From: an uncultured Phycisphaeraceae bacterium
GTDB lineage: Bacteria > Planctomycetota > Phycisphaerae > UBA1845
Reading direction: 5' to 3'
DNA: 32,000 nt
NCBI GenBank assembly: GCA_964574815.1
Contig: CAZNPL010000003.1
Coordinates: forward strand, 100,861-132,860
In this document: in pieces, positions 17,224 through 23,949 of the stretch
How positions within the stretch are numbered: the stretch's first letter is position 1
Layout of the letters: the number at the start of each line of letters is the position of its first letter
Made by a program: the position numbers and the translations under genes
Notes under the pieces: model-generated
The model's input: the letters and a program-made list of their open reading frames with translations, nothing else
What the model was told of the DNA's origin: nothing
Databases searched by the model: none

Positions 17224-18420
17224 TTAGCGACGGTGCTCGGCGCCCGAAACCAGTTGCCGCGTGGTATCGCAGGATTCCTGTTCAGCGACGGCGACAGCGA
17301 CGACTGTGGCGGATACATCGCCGTCTGGATGGACTTTGCCTCCATAAAACTTGCGGAGGAAGAACAAACTTACATGCACCAGGCCGATCAGGACCGGCAC
17401 CTCGACCAGCGGGCCGACGACGGTGGCGAAGGCGACCGGAGAGCCGATACCGAAAACCGCGATCGCGACGGCAATCGCCAGTTCGAAGTTGTTGCCCGAT
17501 GCGGTGAACGCCAGCGTCGCGGCGCGGGCATAATCCACGCCGATCTTCCAGGCCATGAAGAAGCTGACCAGGAACATGATGGCGAAATAAGCACTCAACG
17601 GGATTGCGATCCAAAGCACGTCCAGCGGTTGCGCGATGATCCGCTCGCCCTGCGTGGAGAACATCACGACGATCGTGAACAGCAGCGCCGAGAGCGTGAT
17701 CGGGGAAATCTTCGGCACAAATACGCGGTCGTACCAGTCACTGCCCTTGAGCGGCACGAGAATCACGCGGCTGAGAATCCCCGCGGCGAAGGGGATGCCC
17801 AGGTAGATCATCACGCTGACGAAAATCTCGCCGATACTCACCTCGACCACGGATCCCGTTAACCCGAATAGCGGGGGCAACACGGTCACGAAGATCCATG
17901 CATAGAAGCCAAACGTGACGATCTGGAAAATGCTGTTGAGCGCCACCAGCCCGGCGGCGTATTCGCTGCTGCCCCGGGCAAGCTGATTCCACACCAGCAC
18001 CATCGCGATGCAACGAGCGATGCCGACCATAATCAGGCCGGTCATGTACAAACCCCAGCGTTCGTCCGGGCCGAACAACGCCGGGGCGATAAACCCGAAG
18101 AAGACGATCGCCAGCACGAACATTAGCACCGGCCCGACGATCCAATTCTGCATCAGCGACAGGCCCACCACCTTCACGTCCGCGAAGACCTTGGGCATCA
18201 GCTCGTACTTCACCTTCGCCAGCGGCGGGTACATCATCAGGATCAGCCCGACGGCGATGAGCAGGTTCGTATGCTCACCCACGGTCAGCGCGTGGTTGAA
18301 GCGTTCAACGCCCGACTGGAAGAAATAGCCGATCGCCACGCCAACAGCCATGGCCGCGAAGATCCAGACCGTCAGGTAGCGGTCGAGCAGGGACAGTTTC
18401 CTGGTGATTCCTGGTTCCAT
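17224..18420 (-). CDS. acr3: Arsenite efflux permease, ACR3 family
   Basis: The N-terminus [25 protein letters not shown]...[21 protein letters not shown]...[14 protein letters not shown] is characteristic of ACR3. It has ~10 predicted TMs and a ~45-aa C-terminal tail. Confidence 0.9.
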   Translation of the reverse strand: MEPGITRKLSLLDRYLTVWIFAAMAVGVAIGYFFQSGVERFNHALTVGEHTNLLIAVGLILMMYPPLAKVKYELMPKVFADVKVVGLSLMQNWIVGPVLMFVLAIVFFGFIAPALFGPDERWGLYMTGLIMVGIARCIAMVLVWNQLARGSSEYAAGLVALNSIFQIVTFGFYAWIFVTVLPPLFGLTGSVVEVSIGEIFVSVMIYLGIPFAAGILSRVILVPLKGSDWYDRVFVPKISPITLSALLFTIVVMFSTQGERIIAQPLDVLWIAIPLSAYFAIMFLVSFFMAWKIGVDYARAATLAFTASGNNFELAIAVAIAVFGIGSPVAFATVVGPLVEVPVLIGLVHVSLFFLRKFYGGKVHPDGDVSATVVAVAVAEQESCDTTRQLVSGAEHRR

Positions 18421-18444
18421 ATTTTGAGCATCCTTTCAGTCGAT

Positions 18445-18885
18445 TCAGCGTTGCCGACGTTTGATCAGTCGGACGCACCTGCCCTTTCGGCAGAAGCTGA
18501 TTCTGTCTAGAAGAGACTGCATCAGGAGCAGCCCCCGTCCATGGGCGAGTTCGAGGTGTCGCGCGTCGGTCGGATCAGCAACCAGCGAGGGATCGAATCC
18601 CTCCCCTTCATCGATCACGCGGATTTCCGCCTCGTCATCGGCGATATGGTACTTGACAACGATCCATTTGTCGGGCACGCGGTGGTTGCCATGTAAATAT
18701 GCGTTGGCGAGGGCCTCCGAAAGGCCGAGCGTAAGAGCAAAGACCTCGGACTCCGAGCATTGTCTGCGCACCGCCTCAGCCGTTATCTCCGAGCGTACGT
18801 TGGCAATCTCCGAGTGCGTACTATGAATCGCCACTGTCTTGAAGTTCTTCACTCGGTGCTCTCGATCTTCGTCAGTCGCCTTCAT
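18445..18885 (-). CDS. RsbW/SpoIIAB-like anti-sigma-factor-type Ser kinase (HATPase_c_2-like)
   Basis: N-box-like SEALANAYLHGN, G1-like VIDEGEGFDP and G2-like AHGRGLLLM are present. GAGGAG lies 6 nt upstream of the ATG. Confidence 0.7.
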   Translation of the reverse strand: MKATDEDREHRVKNFKTVAIHSTHSEIANVRSEITAEAVRRQCSESEVFALTLGLSEALANAYLHGNHRVPDKWIVVKYHIADDEAEIRVIDEGEGFDPSLVADPTDARHLELAHGRGLLLMQSLLDRISFCRKGRCVRLIKRRQR

Positions 18886-18910
18886 GGTTCGCTCCTCGAC
18901 GCGATTCCTT

Positions 18911-19936
18911 TCAAGACGTCCTTTCGCAGGCTTCGGTCAGCTCCCTCAGCGATGGGTAGCTACCCTGTTTAATGATCTGACCATTGATTATCGTAATAGG
19001 CAGTTCGCTCGATCCTCGGCCCTCTTTCATGGCGCTCACAACGGTCTTGTTCTCCATGAATTTGTGGGGCTCCTTGTTGGGCACGACGCGATGGACAGCG
19101 ATGACGTTTCCAACCCGGCGCTCTAGGTGGGTGAGGGCTTGGTTAAAACGCATGAGTTCCTCGTACAAATCGGGACCGCACATCCCGCTAACGCAACACA
19201 TGGGCGGCGTAAACACTTCGATGGTCATATCGTAGCTGTCCGGCATTTGTGTCTCCGCGATATTGTGTATCTCGACCTCCGCCTGCCGGTCGGGGCGCGT
19301 CGCTGTTACTTCGCGGTCATCCCGCTTCAACGGAGGGACTCTGACCACGAAATTACTTACAAATCCGGAATCGTATTGCCGGAACTCAAGTTGCAGCCCA
19401 TCGAGAATGGCTGCAATTGCGTCGACGCGGCATGGGTTTTCGTAATGAGACTCGCCGCGTTCGGCGTTCTCGGCTCGTACCGCCAACAGGCCGCGGGAAT
19501 TGAGGTCAGCGATCGCGAGTACCCCCGACGGTCGGCACACGCGCACCATCTCCTCGAGAGCCGCGCGACAGTCCGGCATGTGATGTATCGAGTCGAACGA
19601 GAATACGGCGTCGAACGTCGCGGCAGCGAGCGGCAACCGCAGCGCGTCGGCATGGATGAAATCAACGCGGGCGGCAACATCCGAACCAACGGCCTTCAAT
19701 CGCTGCCGAGCGCGATCAAGCACACCTCGGTCGATATCCACGGTCACGACATTGAAACCGCGCTCGGCCAGGATCATCGCCATCCACCCCGAGCCTGTCC
19801 CGACGTCCAACACGTGTGACCCGGGAATGTCCCCGACCAATCGCACAAGGTCTGATCGGGCACGGACAGTATCGAAGCCGTACCGTTCCTTCAGCGCCTG
19901 CATGCTCGGTGTGACTCGATCCGTTTTCTCGGCCAT
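18911..19936 (-). CDS. Class I SAM-dependent methyltransferase fused in frame to a C-terminal ArsD metallochaperone domain
   Basis: ATG 19936 has GGGAG 7 nt upstream. The SAM motif is HVLDVGTGSGWMAMILAERGFNVVTVDID. No stop codon occurs before the ArsD domain MTIEVFTPPMCCVSGMCGP...INGQIIKQGSYPSLREL (18911-19228). An internal GGAGA-N5-ATG at 19246 could also give a stand-alone ArsD. Confidence 0.7.
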   Translation of the reverse strand: MAEKTDRVTPSMQALKERYGFDTVRARSDLVRLVGDIPGSHVLDVGTGSGWMAMILAERGFNVVTVDIDRGVLDRARQRLKAVGSDVAARVDFIHADALRLPLAAATFDAVFSFDSIHHMPDCRAALEEMVRVCRPSGVLAIADLNSRGLLAVRAENAERGESHYENPCRVDAIAAILDGLQLEFRQYDSGFVSNFVVRVPPLKRDDREVTATRPDRQAEVEIHNIAETQMPDSYDMTIEVFTPPMCCVSGMCGPDLYEELMRFNQALTHLERRVGNVIAVHRVVPNKEPHKFMENKTVVSAMKEGRGSSELPITIINGQIIKQGSYPSLRELTEACERTS

Positions 19937-20004
19937 ATTACGACTCCCGCGAGCGTCCCCTACGCGACGATTTCCGGCAATCTCTTGCACGATTGCTGTG
20001 CCCT

Positions 20005-20226
20005 TCAACCGCTCGTCTCGCGTTGGCCACACAACTCTCTCGACCCACGCGGATCTGCTACCACGGGCCGAGCGCTCTCCGAGGCGCAGTTCGGACATCG
20101 TATCCGATGGTCCTTTCCATACGCTGCCGACCTGGCCATGGAGGCATGGGACTCGAACAACTCGAAGCACTCGTCGCAGAAGTAGCAGTTCACCGATAGG
20201 TGTTTTTCGGTAACGCGCCTTTTCAT
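20005..20226 (-). CDS. Small zinc-ribbon protein (FmdB/CxxC-x(n)-CxxC type)
   Basis: 73 aa; AAAGGAAA lies 5 nt upstream of the ATG. YFCDECFELFE...IRCPNCAS fits the pattern Y-x-C-x2-C-x3-FE...CPxC. Confidence 0.5.
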   Translation of the reverse strand: MKRRVTEKHLSVNCYFCDECFELFESHASMARSAAYGKDHRIRCPNCASESARPVVADPRGSRELCGQRETSG

Positions 20227-20251
20227 GACAGTTTCCTTTCAGGTTTGGCGA

Positions 20252-22033
20252 TCAGACGTTCGCGACCGTCTCGACCGCTGGTTGGGTCAACTCGCGCAGC
20301 CGATCGGGACCGATTGGTTCCTCGATCAGCCAGGGCGAGAGGGCCAAACGCTTCGCATGCCCGTCTCGTACCTTCTGAATCTGCAACTGCTCGGATCTGG
20401 CCCGCGCCACCAACAGCGGATCGCTTGGTCCGGCCGCGGCCAACGACGCATTAATGATCCAGGCCCATGGTTCAATCTTTGCCCGACGCAGGTCTTCCTG
20501 GAGGGCTGCGGCCTCCAGCACGGGTGTCGTCTCCGGCAGCGTGACGATCAGAATCTTGGTCTGCTTCGGATCTTGAAGCCGCATCAAAGGCGTGACGATC
20601 CTGGTCCCCGCTTTGAGGTGTCGCACGATGTCGCGGTGATACGAGCCGGTCGCATCTAACAACAACAGCGTATGGCCGGTCGGCGCCGTATCCATGACAA
20701 CGAACTTCTGTTGCGCTTCGCGGATGATCTTCGAGAATGCCTGGAACACGGCGATTTCTTCGGTGCAGGGCGAGCGCAGGTCTTCTTCCAGGAGTGCCCG
20801 GCCTTGTTCGTCGAGGTCGGCCCCCTTCGTCGCAAGCACATGCCGGCGATAGCGATCGGTCTCAGCTTGCGGGTCAATCCGGCTGATCTCCAGGCGATCA
20901 ACCCGCGATTCGATGGTCGAGGCCACGTGTGCCGCGGGGTCGGTGGTGGTCAGATGCACATCATGTCCGCGCGACGCCAATTCTACCGCCACGGCCGCGG
21001 CGATGGTCGTCTTGCCGACGCCGCCCTTGCCCATGACCATCACCAGCCCATGCCCGTCCGCCTCGATCTCGTCCACGAGCTGGCCAAGCGACGGAACATC
21101 GGTCGACGGCAGTGGCGTCTGTGGTTCAGATGCGTCTACCGCGAAACCCGTCGGCTGCAACAACCGGCGCAGCGCCGCAACTCCGACGAGGTTTCCCGGT
21201 TGCAGAAACACACGGTCGGTCTGTAAGTCGTTGAGCCGCTCCGGCAAAGATTCCATTGCCTGTCGATCGCGTTGCTGCATGGCGTAAGCGAGCGGATCAT
21301 CGCTTGAGACTTGCGGCATCAGGCCGTTGATGATCAACCGTTGATTCTTGACGCCCAGCGCCGCCAGTTCCGCGCTGGTGCGCGCCGCCTCGTTCAATGC
21401 CGCCGTCTGTGGGCGACCGACCAGGATCAACGTCGTACGCGAGGGTTCGGCCAGCGCATCGACCGCGGCTTTGTACTGCTGCCGCTGCTTTTCCAAGCCC
21501 GCCAGGGGGCCGAGACAGGATGCGCCATTCTGGTTGCTATCCAGGAAGCTCGACCAGGCGCTTGGCAGCCTCAGCAGACGCAGCGTATGGCCGGTCGGCG
21601 CGGTGTCGAAAATAACGTGGTCGAATCCGGCGGTCTTCCGTTCATCCGCCAACAGCGCGGTGAACTCATCGAACGCCGCAATCTCCGTCGTGCATGCCCC
21701 GGAAAGCTGTTCCTCCATGCTGCGGACGGCCTTCTCCGGCAGTGCGCCGCGCACCGGTCCAACGATACGGTCACGATAGCTCTGCGCAGCGGACTCCGGG
21801 TCGATGTTCAAAGCCCAGAGATTGGGCACGGCCGGGATCGGCGTGGGCGCATGTTCACCGATGTCAATCTCGAAGACATGCGCGAGATTGGACGCGGGGT
21901 CGGTGCTCACCAGGAGCACGCGCTTGCCCTCGTCGGCCAGCTGCACCGCCGTTGCACAAGCCAGGGACGTCTTGCCCACCCCGCCCTTGCCGGTGAAAAA
22001 CAAGTATCGCGTAGACTGATCATACCAGGTCAT
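20252..22033 (-). CDS. arsA: Arsenite-stimulated ATPase ArsA (two homologous halves)
   Basis: Two P-loops (FTGKGGVGKTS and MGKGGVGKTT) and two DTAPTGHTL signal motifs are present. The Cys contexts SGACTTEIAAFDEF, GASCLGP and RSPCTEEIAVFQAF match the metalloid-binding Cys of plasmid R773 ArsA. Start 22033 (MTWYDQSTRYLFFTG) is preferred over 22042 or 22114. Confidence 0.9.
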   Translation of the reverse strand: MTWYDQSTRYLFFTGKGGVGKTSLACATAVQLADEGKRVLLVSTDPASNLAHVFEIDIGEHAPTPIPAVPNLWALNIDPESAAQSYRDRIVGPVRGALPEKAVRSMEEQLSGACTTEIAAFDEFTALLADERKTAGFDHVIFDTAPTGHTLRLLRLPSAWSSFLDSNQNGASCLGPLAGLEKQRQQYKAAVDALAEPSRTTLILVGRPQTAALNEAARTSAELAALGVKNQRLIINGLMPQVSSDDPLAYAMQQRDRQAMESLPERLNDLQTDRVFLQPGNLVGVAALRRLLQPTGFAVDASEPQTPLPSTDVPSLGQLVDEIEADGHGLVMVMGKGGVGKTTIAAAVAVELASRGHDVHLTTTDPAAHVASTIESRVDRLEISRIDPQAETDRYRRHVLATKGADLDEQGRALLEEDLRSPCTEEIAVFQAFSKIIREAQQKFVVMDTAPTGHTLLLLDATGSYHRDIVRHLKAGTRIVTPLMRLQDPKQTKILIVTLPETTPVLEAAALQEDLRRAKIEPWAWIINASLAAAGPSDPLLVARARSEQLQIQKVRDGHAKRLALSPWLIEEPIGPDRLRELTQPAVETVANV

Positions 22034-22088
22034 CGCAACCATTCCTTTCCAAGTCGTCGTCCATCCGTTCCCATTCGCCACTCGCGCC

Positions 22089-22703
22089 TCAGCAGCAACC
22101 GCCGCTGTCGCCACAACAGCCGCCTTGCGGAGCGGCCTCCGGCATCAGGTGCTTCTGTGCAAGTCGGATCACGTTGTTGGTCGCCTGCTCCGATACCCGC
22201 AGGGCCACGTTGACGGCCTGAATCATGTCCTCGCTGGCGATGCCGAGTTCGACCGCCCTCCGGTGGTGATACCGAAAGCACGGCTCGCAATGAGCGGCGA
22301 CTGCCGCGCCCAGTGCGATCAGCTCGGCAACGCGCTCATCGTAGATCGGTGCCTGCTCGACCCGCGCAGCCTGCTGATCGGTTGCAGTCGAGTCTCTCCC
22401 ATTCAAACCGGCCAGTTCTGACAAACGCTCACGAGATGGGTATTCACCGTGACTGACCACGCTGCCGTCGATGACGACCACGGGCAGACCATCTCCATCG
22501 TTCTCGTCCAACACTCGCTTGACTTGCGGGTTTTGAGCGAAAGCGGCGGGCTCTTGCGCCAGGTTGAAACGTCGGACCTTCACTCCGCGGTCTTCAATCC
22601 ACTTGAGATCGGCGGTGAAGCGGGCCAGCCGCGGATCCGGCTCGGGACCACACACGCCGGTCGTACAGCACATGGGCGGATCGAAAACTTCAATACTGGT
22701 CAT
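22089..22703 (-). CDS. arsD: ArsD metallochaperone fused to a carboxymuconolactone decarboxylase/AhpD-like domain and a Cys-rich tail
   Basis: MTSIEVFDPPMCCTTGVCGP places Cys at positions 12, 13 and 18, as in ArsD. The C-terminal half ALGAAVAAHCEPCFRYHHRRAVELGIASEDM is a CMD/AhpD-type CxxC core. The tail reads GGCCGDSGGCC. AGGAAGGAAA lies upstream of the ATG. Confidence 0.85.
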   Translation of the reverse strand: MTSIEVFDPPMCCTTGVCGPEPDPRLARFTADLKWIEDRGVKVRRFNLAQEPAAFAQNPQVKRVLDENDGDGLPVVVIDGSVVSHGEYPSRERLSELAGLNGRDSTATDQQAARVEQAPIYDERVAELIALGAAVAAHCEPCFRYHHRRAVELGIASEDMIQAVNVALRVSEQATNNVIRLAQKHLMPEAAPQGGCCGDSGGCC

Positions 22704-22821
22704 CGTAAGTTTCCTTCCTGTTCAGGGTTGCCCGCGGGCTCATACACCCGTTGCTTTATCCCCGTGGTGTCCTCGTTCACTTCCACGTTCGCACCTGTCG
22801 ACCGACGCAGCCGGCGGCGGA

Positions 22822-23184
22822 CTAGCATCGATAACATGCGCATAACTCCTTGGGGTCCTGCTTGCGAATCTGTGCCAGGCTCTGATCGTCCGAGACCACG
22901 CGCGGCTCGCCGTCCAACGACTCCAGAACCCAGCGCAGCGCCCGCTTGGCGACGGGCGGAGTATCCTTTCCCGCCAGGCGGAAATAGTGCCAGCGGCCTT
23001 CCTTCCGGCGCTCGACCAGCCCCGCCGTCAGCAGCAGGTCGAGATGCTTGGAAACCGTGGAAGGCGCCAGCCCGAGCAACTCGACGACCTGACAGAGGCA
23101 CAGTTCGCCGTCTCGCAGGGCAAGCAGCGCCCGCACCCGCGTCTCGTCGCTGAGCGCCTTTGTGATCGTCAGGAATTCCCGCAT
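22822..23184 (-). CDS. arsR: ArsR/SmtB-family metalloregulator (ArsR2), CLC motif
   Basis: LSDETRVRALLALRDGELCLCQVVELLGLAPSTVSKHLDLLLTAGLVERRKEGRWHYF is the wHTH region; the C-terminus carries CACYRC. ATG 23184 (GGAG 6 nt upstream) is preferred over 23196. Confidence 0.85.
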   Translation of the reverse strand: MREFLTITKALSDETRVRALLALRDGELCLCQVVELLGLAPSTVSKHLDLLLTAGLVERRKEGRWHYFRLAGKDTPPVAKRALRWVLESLDGEPRVVSDDQSLAQIRKQDPKELCACYRC

Positions 23185-23198
23185 GGTTGGCTCCATTC

Positions 23199-23244
23199 AC
23201 TTCGTCATCCAACGAAGTATACGACAACTTCGTCACTTCGTCAA
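23199..23244 (-). promoter_or_regulatory. arsR2 promoter (TTGACG-17 nt-TATACT) with ACTTCGT/ACGAAGT operator repeats
   Basis: On the - strand, TTGACG is at 23244-23239 and TATACT at 23221-23216. The inverted repeat is ACTTCGT (23199-23205), N6, ACGAAGT (23212-23218). Two tandem ACTTCGTC copies (23227-23242) lie inside the spacer. Confidence 0.55.
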
Positions 23245-23337
23245 GAAACGAAATAGCCTTCGGTGATCTCCTAGCATTTTCCGTGCCAACCGTCACCAAC
23301 CTACCAAACTTCTGTGCTCACGATCCTGTTATGGCAC

Positions 23338-23388
23338 GAAAAATAAAGGAAAAATGATAATCCGCGGAAGTTGGACCGAAGTCCGCGG
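23338..23388 (-). terminator. Putative intrinsic terminator at the end of the RND operon
   Basis: On the - strand, the stem CCGCGGA/TCCGCGG (23388-23382 / 23368-23362) encloses a GGAC-UUCG-GUCC mini-hairpin. It is followed by AUUAUCAUUUUUCCUUUAUUUUU. Confidence 0.55.
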
Positions 23389-23411
23389 CGGCGGCGAATC
23401 GCCAGCGGCCT

Positions 23412-23744
23412 TCACAGGATTCTGAAAACGAACACGAGCGAGAAGTAAACACCTACGGCGATGAAGATGAACCCTGTCGCTGTCCGCGCCCAGCGTTCGA
23501 AGGTGGCCACCTGTTGGAACGCTCGGGCCACGACTCCCGCCCCGGCAGCGATGGCCAGCGCGAACAAGAGAACCGGCAGCGCCGTTCCCAACCCAGAGGC
23601 CAATGGGAGCAAGAAGCGAGACTCAAACTTGATCGAAATCGGCACCAGGCTGCCGAAGAACAGCGCCGCCGACGCGGGACAGAATGCGAGGGCGAACTCC
23701 CGCCGTTTCCAGGACGCGGCGGGCGCAATGGTCTTCGCAACCAT
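23412..23744 (-). CDS. Half-length CcdA/DsbD-superfamily-like membrane protein (3 TM); possibly a 5'-truncated remnant
   Basis: FALAFCPASAALFFGSLVPISI...LPLASGLGTALPVLLFALAIAAG...FERWARTATGFIFIAVGVYFSLVFVF resembles the C-terminal half of ~230-aa permeases of this superfamily. The start is uncertain (GTG 23768, ATG 23744 or GTG 23645) and the ORF overlaps the DGC ORF. Confidence 0.4.
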   Translation of the reverse strand: MVAKTIAPAASWKRREFALAFCPASAALFFGSLVPISIKFESRFLLPLASGLGTALPVLLFALAIAAGAGVVARAFQQVATFERWARTATGFIFIAVGVYFSLVFVFRIL

Positions 23745-23949
23745 CCAGCGCGATGCGCATGCCCGCACCCCGCGTTCGGACGAGCTTGTCCTCCTTCCCC
23801 GCGGCTATGGCGCTCAAGCAGAACATCTGCGCCACGCCCTCCTTGGTCAGGTCCAAGGCCGCTCGATTGGTGAGCTGCACGCAGTACGCCGCCCCGGCGC
23901 ACGCAAATACCAGCACCTCCCCGTCCACGGATCGACAGCAGGAACTCAT
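23623..23949 (-). CDS. DGC-domain (putative zinc/metal-binding, Cys-rich) protein
   Basis: 108 aa. ATG 23949 overlaps the RND stop (ATGA), with GGAGG 6 nt upstream. MSSCCRSVDGEVLVFACAGAAYCVQLTN...MFCLSAIAAG...RIALDGCEDHCARRVLETAGV matches the remembered DGC-domain pattern (FACSG...C...DGC..C). Confidence 0.65.
   Translation of the reverse strand: MSSCCRSVDGEVLVFACAGAAYCVQLTNRAALDLTKEGVAQMFCLSAIAAGKEDKLVRTRGAGMRIALDGCEDHCARRVLETAGVRPRILSRVGGAVLRQPGADFDQV

Noticed and set aside
19937-20170. N-terminal 78-codon extension of the 419-aa ORF-track entry (MLRVVRVPCLHG...)
   Set aside because: It overlaps the better-supported zinc-ribbon ORF in another frame and lacks an SD. ATG 19936 has GGGAG 7 nt upstream and precedes the methyltransferase fold.
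22034-22114. Upstream extension of arsA overlapping the arsD::CMD stop
   Set aside because: MTWYDQSTRYLFFTGKGGVGKTS gives the same spacing to the P-loop as canonical ArsA, and AAGGA lies 9 nt upstream. The extension is Ala/Val-rich and unnecessary.
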